Origin: Octopus bimaculoides | Lineage: Eukaryota | Length of the DNA stretch: 52,025 bases | Direction of reading: 5' to 3' | Assembly (NCBI RefSeq): GCF_001194135.2 | Contig: NC_068994.1 | Location: 28,368,549 to 28,420,573 of the forward strand | Shown here: positions 23,503-36,949 of the stretch, one piece after another | Position numbering within the stretch: the stretch's first letter is position 1 | Layout: each line of letters opens with the position of its first letter | Translations under genes and position numbers: made by a program | Notes under the pieces: generated by a model | Told to the model about the DNA's origin: nothing | What the model saw: only the letters and a program-made list of their open reading frames with translations | Databases searched by the model: none

Positions 23503-23706
23503 GCTACCAAGTGGCCCAGCTCTGCCTAGTGCATCAGCCATACCTCCACAGCTTCCACCCAGACCAAATCGGACACAAGGCAGCAGTTTACCATCATACC
23601 GCAGCAATCCATTTGGTTCTTATGCTTTATACAACACCAATAGTTATGGTGGCAATCCCTACATGCCTTACCATTCCAATTATGGTATGAACTATGGTTA
23701 CAGTGG
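23503..23706 (+). CDS. PEX13: PEX13 coding exon 2 (Pro-rich and YG-rich region)
   Basis: ttttaaacag|G LPSGPALPSASAIPPQLPPRP...YGGNPYMPYHSNYGMNYGYSG|gtaagt; 204 nt, phase 2-2. Confidence 0.85.
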
Positions 23707-24608
23707 GTAAGTCTTTCATTGTTGAAGTAATTGTTATTACTGTATAATAGTAAAATCTCAGTCTGTAACCTAGTTGATCTTTAGATCCTGTTGATCTAAA
23801 GATCAACAGGATTTTAAAAAAAATCTTAGTGACAGGAAGTTGGTTAACACAAGACAGAACTAAATTTACTGCTAAACTGGAATATTCCTGATAATATCCA
23901 CATATTAGTCACATGACCTACAAATGCACTTTGCAGAGCCTTTTTTGTTTTAAGTATTGGTGGAGTAGCACAGTTGGCAATACATTAAGGCAACTTCTAT
24001 GCAAGTCTCATTGGAGTTGAGTAATCTCATAGGAGTGTAATTTTAGTGTATTTTTGATAATGGCATCAACAATAACATCATCATCATTTTACATCTGCTT
24101 TCACCCTGGCATGGGTTGGACAGGTGATCACAGTCCAAGTCAGTTCTTGTTTGGAGTTATTGTCCTCTTAGATGGATCTTGCTTGTACATTTATTTTTGG
24201 CTTAGTTTCTCTGGCTAGGTTAACATTAACTAGCATAACAGCTATATCAGTGATAACAGAAAAATACTAGAAGTTAGTGTTTAATAAGCTGTTTGGGTCT
24301 ATTCTCTGTGTTTGTGTATGAAAATCCTCTGGTGCAAAGTGTTATGGATATATTTGTGTGTTTGTCTATGGATCTTCCTTAATACTTGTCTATAAAGCTA
24401 TACCTACTCTATGATGCTACTCAACTGTGCAAAGCTATTCCAGGGCATGGAGCCACTCTACTCTTTGGAAATACTCCAATATATGAAATTACTTTAGTAT
24501 TATTTTAATGAATGTTTGACATGATATTCTGCAATTCTAATTTACTTCATTCATATAAAATTTGAAATTTAATTTAGTTTAATAGTTAAATCTTCATTCT
24601 TTTCTCAG

Positions 24609-25069
24609 GTTTGGCACTTCAAATAGTGTCGTTGATGACTACAACAGCTTGTACCGACACGTGGAGGGGAGTTCACGGCAGGCATTCCAGTCAGTTGAAA
24701 GTATTGTTCAAGCCTTTACCTCAGTTAGTATGATGTTGGATTCAACATTCCAGGCCTTGTATAGTTCTTTCAGAGCTGTAGTAGGTGTAGCTGACAATCT
24801 TTCTCGTCTCCGTTCTCAGTTATACAGCATCCTGTCAGCTTTGGCCATCATGCGAACTCTGAAGTACATCATTCGTAAAATACTGGAGGTGTTCAGATTG
24901 CGACCAAAGGGCCATGCAGCAGCAGCTTGGCAAGAGGCTTCAGCTGGTTTATTACCCCAGCAATCCATTTTTTCTGCTGATTCAAAAGGGCTCAGTTCTT
25001 GGCCCATTTTAATGTTTTTTGGAATCATAGTTGGTGCTCCATGGTTGATTTGGAAATTAATCTCTCCAA
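24609..25069 (+). CDS. PEX13: PEX13 coding exon 3 (Peroxin-13_N domain and transmembrane segment)
   Basis: SSRQAFQSVESIVQAFTSVSMMLDSTFQALYSSFRAVVGVADNLSRL...SSWPILMFFGIIVGAPWLIWKL; tctcag| acceptor and |gtgagt donor, phase 2-1. Confidence 0.95.
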
Positions 25070-25282
25070 GTGAGTTTTGTTTTATATTTTTCCCTTTTGC
25101 CTTAATCTTCAGATATTTTTTTTTTCAGTTTAATCAATGAAAATGTACAATGTAGGGGTCAATAAAATGAGTATTAGTGAAGGACTGGGGTCAATATAAT
25201 TGACTGACCTACTCCCCTCAAAATAGCTGGCCTTGTGTCAAAAATTAGAAAGAATTATTATTATATTGTGTCTATATCAAAT

Positions 25283-25656
25283 ACTCTTTACTCTTTTCAG
25301 TCATTTGACTGTGGCCATGCTTGAGCACTGCCTTTAGTCAAGCAAATCGACCCCAGGACTTATTCTTTGTAAGCCTAGTACTTATTTTATCGGTCCCCTT
25401 TGCTGAACCGCTAAGTTACGGGGACGTAAACACACCAGCATCGGTTGTCAAGCGATGTTGGGGGGACAAACACACACACACACACATATATACGACAGGC
25501 TTCTTTCAGTTTCCATCTACCAAATCCACTCACAAGGCTTTGGTCGGCCTGAGGCTATAGTAGAAGATACTCGCCCAAGGTGTCACGCAGTGGGACTGAA
25601 CCCGGAGCCATGTGGTTTGTAAGCAAGTTACTTACCACACAGCCACTCCTGCGCCT
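25283..25656 (-). mobile_element. tRNA-derived CORE-type SINE with internal (CA)n
   Basis: Minus head aggcgcaggagtggctgtgtggtaag...gggttcagtccc, then accttgggcgagtatcttctactatagcc. A second copy lies at 45492-45812 (+). Confidence 0.85.
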
Positions 25657-26529
25657 ATCTTAATTTTTTTTACAGGAATGTTGGCTATTATGATTATGAA
25701 ATTTTTTTTCTCAGTTTTAATCTTTATATTTGGAAGTAAGATACTCAGATGTAAGTGAGACGTACATTTGACACAATAACTTCCTAGATAAAATACCTAC
25801 TTTCTGATGACTGTAGTGACTAAGTTCCCACTACAGACAGATACGAAGTGGACAATCCTTCCTCTCTTTTACTTTGTTTTCCTATGTGACCTACTATGGC
25901 TGTCATATTATAAGACTAGACAGCTACAGATTAATTTTATAGTTATTATTAGGTCCAGTCTTTTGTTACTAAAACTGGTCTTTCACAGAATGATATCCAA
26001 CTATACAGACATTTGTTCCAACAATATGAAATATCCTCCAATCCATATCAAGTTAACATGAGATTAGTCACCAATTGATATTGTTACAAAGGTGGGTCTG
26101 AAAAAGCAGTGGTGTGTCACAAACCCTCTTGGTCCTTTTACATTCTGTGTTCAAATTTGACAAGGTTAGATTTTCCTCCCACTCTTCCAGGGCCAATAAA
26201 ATAAAGTACAGTCATGTACTGAGGTTGATTTAATTGACTGTAACTCTTCCTCTTAAAAGTATGGTTTTGTAATTATTTATTATTTGCTAGATCTGAAGGA
26301 AGGTCTTCACAAGTCATCTGAAACTGGTGAGGTTAAGGTCTTTAATGCTCCAAGTCAATTCCTGTAGGGAGGGGAGATAAATCTGGAAAACTAACATTCT
26401 CGAAAAGAAGGAAGGCCAGGCTGTACTGGTTAATGTAGGACCTGGGTAGGGGTGTTGGATATAAAAGAAGTGATGAATAAATGCTATTCTACATTGTGAA
26501 AGCCTCCAATATTATAGTACAGCTGACAT

Positions 26530-26770
26530 TGTTGAGGATAGATAAAGAATACACTGTAACAGTGTTATAACTATACAAAATAGAAATAGCAGCAGTAACA
26601 AACACATAACGAATCAACAATCAATATTTCCAACACACTAACTTGAACTGTAAACTGTACCTGGACTTTGAAGACCAAACTACAAACTCCCACCTATGTC
26701 AGACCGCTACTATTTATATGTAGCGGTCCCATCTATTCTTGTCAGGTGGGTGTCATACTCTCACCAAACA
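26530..26770 (-). repeat. 3' LTR (241 bp) of the gypsy element, preceded by a polypurine tract
   Basis: On -: AAAAGGGGAGA (26781-26771) abuts TGTTTGG...CAACA, giving TGTT/AACA termini. Confidence 0.8.
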
Positions 26771-28212
26771 TCTCCCCTTTTGAGATTTTGAGTTCTGAAG
26801 GAATAAAGAAATTTTATTTATTATTATCATTTTTTTAGTATCTTTTTCGCTTGAGCCTTATCTCAAGGTGTTCAGTCTGCTTCTGTTTTCTCATGCTGGT
26901 TCTATGGGACTCCATTACTTTCAGTGTTGGGACATCGAATACATCTAAAAATACTTCCATAGGAATTTCTCTCCATTCTTTGGTATGTCTCTTCTTTAGC
27001 TGATTTATGTCTCTCTTTAATTGTGGTCTTTTAATTAGATACATCATACTTCCTATTTTTTGGCTACAAGGCCATCCTCCCAACCTTCTTTACCATTTCT
27101 GTAGGTTTTAGATGCACTTTATCTCCTACTTCGAAATATTTCGTTGCATCTTTTGTATTTCCTTTACATCTTTTTTTCTCTGGCAATAACTTATCAAAAA
27201 TCGATTTTATTCTTCTTGTGAACATCAACTCTGCAGATGACTTTCCTGAATTTGTACTTGACTTAGGGGTTATTTTATATACCCTTAATAATTTTGTTAG
27301 TGCTTCATTGTTACTTAATTTGTTCCTAGCTTTTCTTAATGCTCTTTTGAATGTGTTCCCGAATCTTTCTACCTGCCCATTTGACCTCGGATGGTAGGGT
27401 AGAGTGAAAATATGCTTTATTGCATGCATTTTACAGAAGTTCTTGAATTCATACCCCATGAATTGCGTTCCATTATCAGAAATTAAAGTGTCTGGAACAC
27501 TGTATCGCGCAAACAATTCATATAGGAACTTTATAGTTGTCATAGTGGTTGGTTTATTGCATCTGCATATCTCTGGCCACTTTGTATGGCTGTCTACCAT
27601 GATTAGATAGTAAGCGCCATTCACCAGTCCAGCATAGTCGATATATAACCTAGCCCATGGGTTTGCAGTCTCTAGCCATGATTGATAGTTTACCAGTAGG
27701 GCTGTGACTGCGAGTGTGCAACCTCAACAAGTTCTCACCAAATTTTTGATATCCCAGTCCATAGTCAGCCAATAGCTGTAGCTCCTCTTCAGAGCTTTCA
27801 TCCTTGACATAACTAGGTGTTTGCTGTGGGATTGCTGCAATACACGTTTTGGTAATGTAGTTGATACTACAACTCTTTGCGCATACATCAGAATATCGTC
27901 GCATATTGAGAAACTACCCGAATTTGTATTTTTTTTCTACTTATTTTTTAAAGCTTCTTTCATTTTTGTAATATACTCATTGCATACAGATTTCATTCTT
28001 ATATCCTGTGCAATTGCTGACAGTTCTTAGACAACATTAGTCATAATACTTTCTATTTGATTTTCTGCCTGCAGTGCGGCTATGACAGTATCTTCTAGTG
28101 GTTCTGTATTTTTGGGAATTAATCTTGATAGACAGTCTGCATGACCAATTTTTTGTGATGGAATATACTGCATTTTGAAATTGTTATTTAGTAATATTAT
28201 ACCCCAACACTG

Positions 28213-28584
28213 AGTGGAGGCGCAATGGCCCAGTGGTTAGGGCAGCGGACTCGCGGTTTCGATTCCCAGACCGGGCGTTGTGCGTGTTTATTGAGCGAAA
28301 ACACCTAAAGCTCCACGAGGCTCTGGCAAGGGATGGTGGCGATCCCTGCTGTACTCTTTCACCACAACTTTCTCTCACTCTTACTTCCTGTTTTTGTTGT
28401 GCCTGTAATTCAAAGGGTCAGCCTTGTCACACTGTGTCACGCTGAATATCCCCCAGAACTACGTTAAGGGTACACGTGTCTGTGGAGTGCTCAGCCACTT
28501 GCACGTTAATTTCACGAGCAGGCTGTTCCATTGATCAGATCAACTGGAACCCTTGACGTCGTAAGTGACGGAGTGCCAACAACA
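28213..28584 (+). mobile_element. Full-length tRNA-derived SINE nested in the gypsy pol gene, with 12-bp TSD
   Basis: Head tggcccagtggttagg...ggtttcgattccc, (CAA)n tail; ACCCCAACACTG at both 28201-28212 and 28585-28596. Confidence 0.9.
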
Positions 28585-30693
28585 ACCCCAACACTGTAGT
28601 CGGTTTGCTGTATTTGTAGGTAACCCTTTCTTTGACCCATAAATTGATAGCGATGTTCGATGATCTGTTTGTAACAGAAAACTTATACCATGTAAAAACT
28701 TGTGAAATGATTTTACAGCAAAGATAATTGACAGGGCTTCTTTTTCTATTTGACTGTATTTTTTTCTCTACCACTATCAGTGAACATGAACATAGATCCT
28801 ATTCTGTACTTCAAAGCATCAGATGCTACAACAATGTCCATTTCAGGATCTAAAAATGCACTAGAGACAAATCTGCGATTAGAATTTTTTTATTTTTTCA
28901 AATGCGTTATTGCATTTAACCGACCAATTCCACTTTACTTCCTCTTAATTTGTGCATGTTAGGAACGTAATTTTGGTAGTTGTTTGCCAGCCCAAGCAAC
29001 GCTTGTAATGTTGGTATATTTGTCGGAGCAGGCATATTCTTTATTGCGCCTGCCCTTGACGGGTCAAGTAGTCTACCATTTTTATCAATTATTTACCCTA
29101 AGTACTTAATTTTAGGCAAAAAGAATTTACATTTTTCTTTACTCAAAGTGAACCCATACTCTTTAATTTTCTTGAACACAGCTTTTATATGCTCCATATA
29201 CTCTACATGCAAATTACTCATAATATATCATCCAAATAAGGGATTGCAAATCCACAATCAGATAACATAGCATCTGTGATTTGCTAAAATATTGCCCAGT
29301 GTAACCTTTAATCCGATAACCAGATATATCTGTACAATCCTCTATGTATATTTATTGTCAGATACTTTGAGCATTTGTCATTTACTTTAATCTGTAAATA
29401 AGCATCAGACAGATCCAATTTGGAGAAAATTTTTCCACCATTTAATTTTGAGAAAATATCCTCTGGAGTCAGGAGTGGAAGGTGGCATGTCTTTAAGCAG
29501 TCATTCAAACCTATAGAGAAATTGGCACACAGCTTAATCTTATTTTTTCTTTTTAATACATGCCATGGGTGTCACCCACTTAGAGTAATCCACCCTTTTG
29601 ATGATTCCATTCTTTTCCAGTCTGTCCAACTCTTCATTTACGCTTTCAATTGCTGCGAACAATACATTTCTGTTAGATTTAAATACAGGCACAGCATTTT
29701 CACTTACTTGAAAGCAGACTTCAGTCTTTTTACATGGACCTAAGTTCTCGGATAGTACTTGAGGAAACATCTTTTTGAATTTCTCTTCAATTCCTCAGAC
29801 AATTTAGTTTTAATGGGACAACCATTTATGTTTTCGCAGTGGAGATTTATGGGGAGGTGCCATAAGTCAAATAACTCCAACCAATCTGTACCAAACAGAT
29901 TGATTGCATTCTCCACTATGAATATTTTTGCCTTGCACATTTCTCCTGGAAGTGTGATGTCTGTACACATTTCGCCCATGAAATGTAATTTATTGCCTGT
30001 CATGCCACACACAATTTTTGCTGTTTTACGTAATCTTGGTTTCTTGATTTTTCTCCATGTATCTGCATTTATGATTGAAATATAACTACCTGTATCCAAC
30101 TGTAATTTAATATTTACACCATTTATTTTTACGTGTACAAATTTCCTTGTTTTTGTGTTGTATTCAGTTTCTGCTGAAAACACCTTAGAACTTTTTTGCA
30201 TTCGACCCTTGTAATCTTGTCCTGTAGTGTGAGCTCTTGCGACCAAGTTTCTGACAACTATAGCATTTCCAGTTTTTAAATAGACACTCTTTTGTGAAGT
30301 GTAGGTCTCTACATCTGTAACATAGATTGGGGCCTGGCACTCTTCTATTATACTTTCCGGGTCGACATATCTGTATTTTTGCGGAATCTTTCTCTTGAAT
30401 ATTTTTCGCATCATGCTTCAGCTTTACTATTGTTTGACATTCTTCTGCAATGGTCTGTAGGGTTAAGTTTTGGTTCGCTTGCTCCATTTTTGAGGGAATC
30501 CTTGCCCAAATTTCTCTATCCTTGGTTGCCATAAGGCTTTGTACGAAGATAAGGGATTTAAACATATCCTGAGTGAATTCCTGGAGTTTAAAGTTGCAGC
30601 TAACTGGATTGATTGGGTGATGACTTATCTGTTTGTCTTAATGTTTATTGATTATTTATCAAGGTACTGTTTTATTTTTATTTTTCATTATCA

Positions 30694-31030
30694 CCATCAT
30701 CATCATCATCATTGTTTAACGTCTGCTTTCTATGCTGGCATGGGTTCGATGGTTTGACAGAGGACTGGCAAGCTAGGAGGCTGTACCAGGTTCCAATCTG
30801 ATCTGGCGAAGTTTCTACAGCTGCATGCCCTTCCTAATGCCAACCGCTCCAAGTGTGTAGTGAGTGCTTTTTACATGCCACTGGTACGGGAGCCAGTCAG
30901 GCGGCACTGGCATTGACCATGCATGAATAGTGCTTTTTACATACCACCTGCACGGTAGCGAGTCAGGCAGCACTGGCATCAACCATGCTCAAATGGTGCT
31001 TTTTACGTGCAACTGGCATCAGCCACGACT
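30694..31030 (-). mobile_element. Retroposon tail copy with subrepeats, at the truncated 5' end of the gypsy element
   Basis: Same family as 479-843 in reverse orientation. Confidence 0.8.
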
Positions 31031-31566
31031 ACGATTTTACTTGACTCAACAGATCTTCTCAAACGGAGCATATTGCCTGACAATTGAAGAGTCATTTTAA
31101 ATGGGCCAGTTATGCAACACTAGCATTGGCCCTGGCTACGATTCATTATCAATATAGTTTTTTTATTTATGCTTTGTTTACCATTTAGGTGACAGGCTGC
31201 CCACATTACCATCTGATGAGCCAATGAAAGTAGTCACTCGACCTGCTAGAAATAGCAACCAATCCTTACTGTCTTAAAAATGACAGAACATGAGATAATG
31301 CAGTCCAGCACACCTTAAAAAGACACGATGATCATGACTGGAAGCTCTTTAAATCCAGGGTCTACTCAGCCAGAGCTGACTTCAGGTTAAACACCATATG
31401 ATCTGTTGGCAACTTTAGCTGAGTTTAGCATTGCAAACATACACTGCAATGGTTTCTTAATTATCTCTTTTTACTGCAGATGTTCAGGCAGACCAGTTTT
31501 TTTACTCAATCAATATCAACTTAAAAAAAAAAAGCTAGCTATATAATTTTCTCTCTATTTATTTAG

Positions 31567-31692
31567 AGCTTCCTGGCTGGGTAACAAGTGATGATGACCA
31601 TTATGTTTCCTATGGCCTCTATAACTTTGTTGCTGAAAGCAATGATGAATTATCATTTGATGCAGGCCAGAAGATTATCATTGCACCCAAAG
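31567..31692 (+). CDS. PEX13: PEX13 coding exon 4 (N-half of SH3 domain)
   Basis: tttag|AG LPGWVTSDDDHYVSYGLYNFVAESNDELSFDAGQKIIIAPK G|gtaatt; 126 nt, phase 1-1. Confidence 0.92.
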
Positions 31693-33154
31693 GTAATTGT
31701 TGGATTAGCAGTATTATTGTTGTTATTAAAAATAGAGTAACAGAAAGAGGAGGGTGCTGTGGTAAATATTGTGTGATAGTTCCATCTCTTGATGGTTGGA
31801 CTTCAAATGAGACTAGGATGAAATTTTCCTGTCGTGTTTGTAGCCGTGATAAAATACTCGGAGTCAGTTAATTGATGTAATGGAGTGAGATGACTGAAAT
31901 ATAAACTATTGTAATAATTGATAATTTTGATCTTATTGGATATGTTAAGATATAAGAGAAAAATTATTATATTCTCAAAGATACCTTGAGAATAGTATGA
32001 ATTATTTAAGAGTATGTTGGATATATTGAATTCATTTAGAATAATTATCAGTTTCCAAATAAAAAACTTTTACATAATAGAGGGGTTATTATATCTTGGC
32101 CTAAAAATACAGTTGGCCAGCTCAGTAAAGCAGTTTTATTGATAGTTAATTCATATAACTATAGTCATTGGAAAGATCACATTTACCATTAAAATTTCCA
32201 GATTTTATGTTTTTGAGTATAGTTATTGTAAGAAGTAATCTTTTGATGAAGTTTCAGCTTTGTTGAGGTGTAACAATTTTACTTCATTTACATAGACAAG
32301 CATGGCTTTGTGGTTAAGAAGTCTGTTTTGAAACCACTCTTTTCAGTTCAGCCCCATTGCAACACATTGAACAACAGTCTTCTGCTATAGCCATATGCCA
32401 ATTAATGTCTTGTGCATGGAAACTGTGAGAGCCCATTATATATTATGTATATATGTCATCAACTGGCACAAAGCTACCTCCCCCTTCCAGTTGTCATAAC
32501 AGCAGGTGGTCAACTGGCACTAACTTTCCAGTAAACAGTGCCTGTAACCTTGAATGGTTATAACTGGCTTTTGTTCCCTCTTGAAACCACTCCACTTCCT
32601 TAGCTGTATCAAAGAGTTTCATATTTTACAACCTGGTGACTCCTTTGTGATATCACTTTAGACAACAATTCTACTTAGCAAACCCATTCCTATCTGAGCT
32701 ACATTCATTTTAAGTGCAGAGTGGACTGGTTGTCACACTGTGAAGACACTAAATAACATCATTTGAACTGTTGACAGTTTCTGCTTGTCCACTCAGCCCA
32801 TGTTTCATTACGTCTAAAACATTGTCACACTAAATGCTTAGTTTAGTAAACTATGTTTAGTATACATTTTAGTATATATATAAGCATACTATTGTTGCCA
32901 TAATAACTGATGTATACTGCCTTGACAGCAGTATGTATGTTCCATAGCATAGTCAAGTGTCAATGTTATGTCATTTTGACAAATGATGCAATTATTCTTT
33001 TATGAATAATTGTTGGTTATGGATCAATCACTGGCTCACTTTATAGTGTGAAATCAAACTTAACTGTACAGTTATCCTAGGACCTTTGTGTAATATATTT
33101 GATTGGCATTAGGCATAATTATATTTGATTAAAATATTTGTTTATTTTCTTTAG

Positions 33155-33414
33155 ATGAACAACCACGATTGAAAGGCTGGATTTTGGCTTCTGTTGACGG
33201 CAAAAAAATTGGCTTAGTTCCTGCAAACTATATCAAAGAACCTGTACGGTGTACTGGACGAAAGAATATTTTGGCTGAAAATACAATTAACCCTGTGCCA
33301 TCACGCTCATTTAGCTGTCCTACTGACTCTCAAGAAAATTATGGTAAAACAGTGTCGGACAAAAATATGGAAGATATATTTGAGTCGTGTCACTCTGCAC
33401 CAACAGTCACTTGA
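33155..33414 (+). CDS. PEX13: PEX13 coding exon 5 (C-half of SH3 domain and tail, stop codon)
   Basis: ctttag|AT EQPRLKGWILASVDGKKIGLVPANYIK...SAPTVT*. The spliced CDS is 1140 nt (379 aa). Confidence 0.93.
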
Positions 33415-34504
33415 AATACTTGATTATTTGCTAGGATTGTTGTGTAATTAATATTTTAATTCCTTGTATATAAATGTGTGAGAGAGAGAGAGAGAGAGAG
33501 AGAAAGAAAGAGAGAGATGCAATATATTTAGTCATTGTGACTGGTGATTATGATATAGACTAAGAGTTGGGAGCTAGTGTGTCAGCTTCTGGACTGAGGA
33601 ATATGCAGTTAATGCCAATTGCAATAAAACAGGGCTCCCATAGACCGTTTAAAGTCTCTTCCTTGCTCTCAAAGTGAATGTTTTGAGATAATGTATCGAA
33701 AGACAAAAATCAATGATTAAATATACTGCCCGTCCTGCAATGTGAATACCACTGAGAAGTGAGTTGAAGCACTGTTAAATTAACAATTGTTCGCAACTGT
33801 TTGAATCTCTTGAAATGGATGATTCATTCACACCTCAGTGTGTCACAGCTATCTAATATTTATGGTTTCTCTTAAATGTATTTCTTACAGTTTCTAAACC
33901 AATAATTACATATACAACAGCAATTTTAAACAATTGTTTTTATATTTATAAAAAAGAATAAAAACTAAATTCTTTATCTAAAAGGTGAAGGATTTTTTGT
34001 TAAAAGAAAATGGAAATACAAGTTTAAGTTATACCATTGGTCCTTTTGTTGTTATTCTCTAAAATTTCTAAGTACCATACAAGTTTTCTGATTGCAGTAA
34101 CAGGTTATCAGTGCAAAATTTTGGTAGATGAAAACTAACCATACGTTTTTATATCAATGTAGATTGAGGACCAGTATATTCTATCTTGCAGTGTCTCACC
34201 AGACAAAATAAGCCTCAAAGGATTCCAAGTCTCTAACAGACTTATCACTGATTCAGTACCATTTCTTTGTTTTTTTTTTGGCCAATTTACATAAATGATT
34301 TCTATTTTACTTGTGTGCCCCCCCTGTTTAAAAAATCCTATTGTATTTTTATAATTAGATATTATTAGGACTTGTATAAAAATTGTTAAATGTTAAATGT
34401 TTTGTGTATTGTAAATGTATAACCAATTTATTGCACATAAACTTTAACAACTAAGTAAATTCTATGGAAAATGAAAGTTGTAAAAATACAAGGACATTTA
34501 TTCC

Positions 34505-34720
34505 TTTCTACTGGAAGCACAAAGTCTCAAATTTGGGGACCAGGATTAAGTTGATTACATCGAGCCGAGCCCAGTGTGTAACTGGTACTTAATTTATTGA
34601 CGCCAAAAGGATGAAAGGCAGTCAACCCTGGCGGCATTTGAACTTGGAACATGAAAATAGACGAAATACCACTAAGCATTTTGCCCGGCTTGCTAAAGAT
34701 TCTGCCAGCTCACTGCCTTA
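34505..34720 (-). mobile_element. tRNA-derived SINE (same family as 50815-50975)
   Basis: Minus head aaggcagtgagctggcagaatctttagc..., tail ...ttgtgcttccagtagaaagg. Confidence 0.7.
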
Positions 34721-34768
34721 ATAGGGACATATTTATTACAAGAAGATAGTACTTTGGTGCTATTTTAT

Positions 34769-35800
34769 TTAATGCATGCCTTGCAGTTGATGCTGCTCTG
34801 CTAGTTTTGCAATATTGGGCTCCAGCCTTGTCAATGATAATTGACGATCACCCTTTTCTACAATGTCGATTTTGAATATGAGCTTTTGACAGTAAGTTAG
34901 TAACACAGCTGAAACCAGATTCAACAAGATAAGATGAAAGAAAAGCAGTAAAATACAGCTACGCTTCCCCACAGAGCAGTGTCATTACTTTTCCATACAT
35001 TATGTTCCCCATCTTTAAATCTTGCCTGAAATATTTCATCACTCTGCAATTAAACAAGATCTTCCTGCAAACAGATGTACAGCACCAGCAAGATTAACTT
35101 CAAAAGGAAGAAGTCACCCAATGCAGTATATTTAAATTAAGCAGGTCGCTAAACTTAGCTTGCAAGTTTTTCAAATGTTCAGCATATACAATCATCACGC
35201 AGATTACTAACTAGGAAATTGTAATGCATGACATTCAATATTCATTTTCTAAAGCTGTACTTTCCCCAGAAAAGCATTAATAGCTCCTTTGGAGGATATG
35301 AGATCAGAATTTTCTCCTTGAAGTTGTTTAAACAAATTTTATCAAATATATCACATTTAGCTGCAACCATTGTTGTTAGCCAGAAATGAGTGTTCCAAAG
35401 TGCAACAAAGCAATGCATACAATTGCCTTTTGAAAACCAACTTACCTTGTGCGAATTACAAGGTGTTCAAATGCTACATTTTGGTAATGAATTCATGAAA
35501 GATGTGGTCTAGTAAAGAATTTGATTCAATATAGTTGACTTTTATTACAATATTGAAGGCATCATGCAAACACCCACTTAATTGTTTTGGAAATAAGTGT
35601 ATCACACTGTATGCAAAATACTTCAGACAGCATTTTTTTAAATAGGCAATAATACCTCTGTCTGCCAGTCATGAATGGAATGCTGTCATCTTTTTGAGAG
35701 GAATATTTTCCTCCAAATAAGTTGTCTTTGAAAAATGTTTTGGCTTTAGCGTCTGTTTTAAGACAAAAAACATTTCCTTTTTGAATCCATTACCATCCAA
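34769..35800 (-). pseudogene. hAT (Charlie/ZBED5-type) transposase remnant
   Basis: Across frameshifts: LHDAFNIVIKVNYIESNSLLDHIFHEF...RT.VSWFSKG...QLQGENSDLISSKGAINAFLGKVQL...SYLVESGFSCV...LEPNIAKLAEQHQLQGMH*, the typical hAT dimerisation-domain C-terminus. Confidence 0.8.
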
Positions 35801-36949
35801 AAATCAAACATACACAAATAAAATAGCTTAGTTATCACTCAGGATAGATTCATCAGGTTGAAGAATAAATTTCTTTATTTGTAATTTGGTCACTGTATCT
35901 TTTTTTCTGTCTTAAACTGAGCACCAATCTTATACATCTTTTGTTGTTTTTGATTTGTGTGTATATGTATATACTATGATTGCTTTGGGTAGCACTGGCA
36001 ATGTTCTTTAATACCAACACTAAGTATGGGTATGTATTTCTATTTTATTGCTGCTGTCCTCAGTGTCTGTTTTTGCTCACTATTATTCCTCTCATCTTTC
36101 TAAGGAATTCTAGAACCAGTTTCACAGATGTTTTGGGGTTTTTTAAACTACTTTTTCTTTGTTCTTGTTTTGAAAAGTAGAGTAGTAAATAAATTAGTAA
36201 AAACAGGTTTTCTAGCAACATTTTTCATGCACAAGACTCCACATTGAAAACTACTGGTCTAAAGCACAATACTTTCATGATCCCTGAAAAAGTGTGGACC
36301 CCAGTTCTGGATGTTAGTGCTGTACAATGGAACAGAACAGAAGATGAAATAATTCTGAAGTAGACTTAATAAAAATCAAACAAATCCAGTCCCAAGCATT
36401 CCCCACATCTCTACGACACTTCTAGACTCACTTAATCAGAAATTGACACATACCTCCACTTTTCTTTCTGCTTTCAGTTACCTCTAATTTCTACCTCATC
36501 ATCACCATCAACTATTGCTTTCTCTTTGCCATATTGCCTCACTTATGTACCTCTACATCTCTCCCTTTCACGAGTCACCTACTCCCATCCACTTTTATAT
36601 TAGCCTCTTGACAGTCGAGGGAACCATTTTCATTTTCTCCAGTTGATTCTTGCCTTGCAAATTCCTTGGCAACAAGGGATGTTATATAGGATAACCCATG
36701 TCAATGTGTAACCATCTAAACCAGTTTTTCCTTTCACTCCAGAACAGAGGATTAGCAGGTATTTTGATAAGCTGAGATAATTCAGTAAAATCTCCTGTGA
36801 TATAGTTCACAATCACTAATCCAGCTAGAAAAATTTCAAATTTCCCAGGCTCCCACTACTTGCTGTACAAATATCATTTGCAAAGGCAGGCTTTTCCAGT
36901 TTGTCTTCTCCTTTATTATACATTTTCGACTTTTAGCCCCAGCCATGGT

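Larger units (their letters stand above)
26530..30650 (-). mobile_element. Ty3/gypsy LTR retrotransposon (Mag-like), degenerate, 5' LTR missing, antisense in PEX13 intron 3
   Basis: Gag knuckles CYRCRDLHFTKEC / CYSCQKLG; protease LQLDTGS; RT FSKLDLSDAYLQI; RNase H SQIEKEALSIIFAVK; integrase VDSHTKWPE...SDNGTQF...YHPRSNGQVER; domain order PR-RT-RH-IN. Many frameshifts. Confidence 0.92.

Noticed and set aside
25803-25850. CTGATGA followed by an 8-bp hairpin (CTGTAGTG/CACTACAG)
   Set aside because: GAAA does not follow the stem, so the hammerhead core is incomplete; no box D partner was found for a C/D snoRNA.
28213-28275. tRNA gene calls at SINE heads (also ~25580-25656, 45492-45550, 50818-50880)
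   Set aside because: The A/B boxes are followed by SINE bodies, tails and TSDs, and no complete cloverleaf forms.
31212-31240. CTGATGAGCCAATGAAAGTAGTC as a minimal hammerhead
   Set aside because: Stem II and stem III cannot pair.
31479-31500. Extra small PEX13 exon after ttttactgcag
   Set aside because: No credible donor, an in-frame stop follows, and exons 3 and 4 already join in phase.
34769-34909. Apparent terminal exon of an unknown gene (good acceptor, stop codon followed by AATAAA)
   Set aside because: It is the C-terminus of the frameshifted hAT transposase that continues to ~35800.
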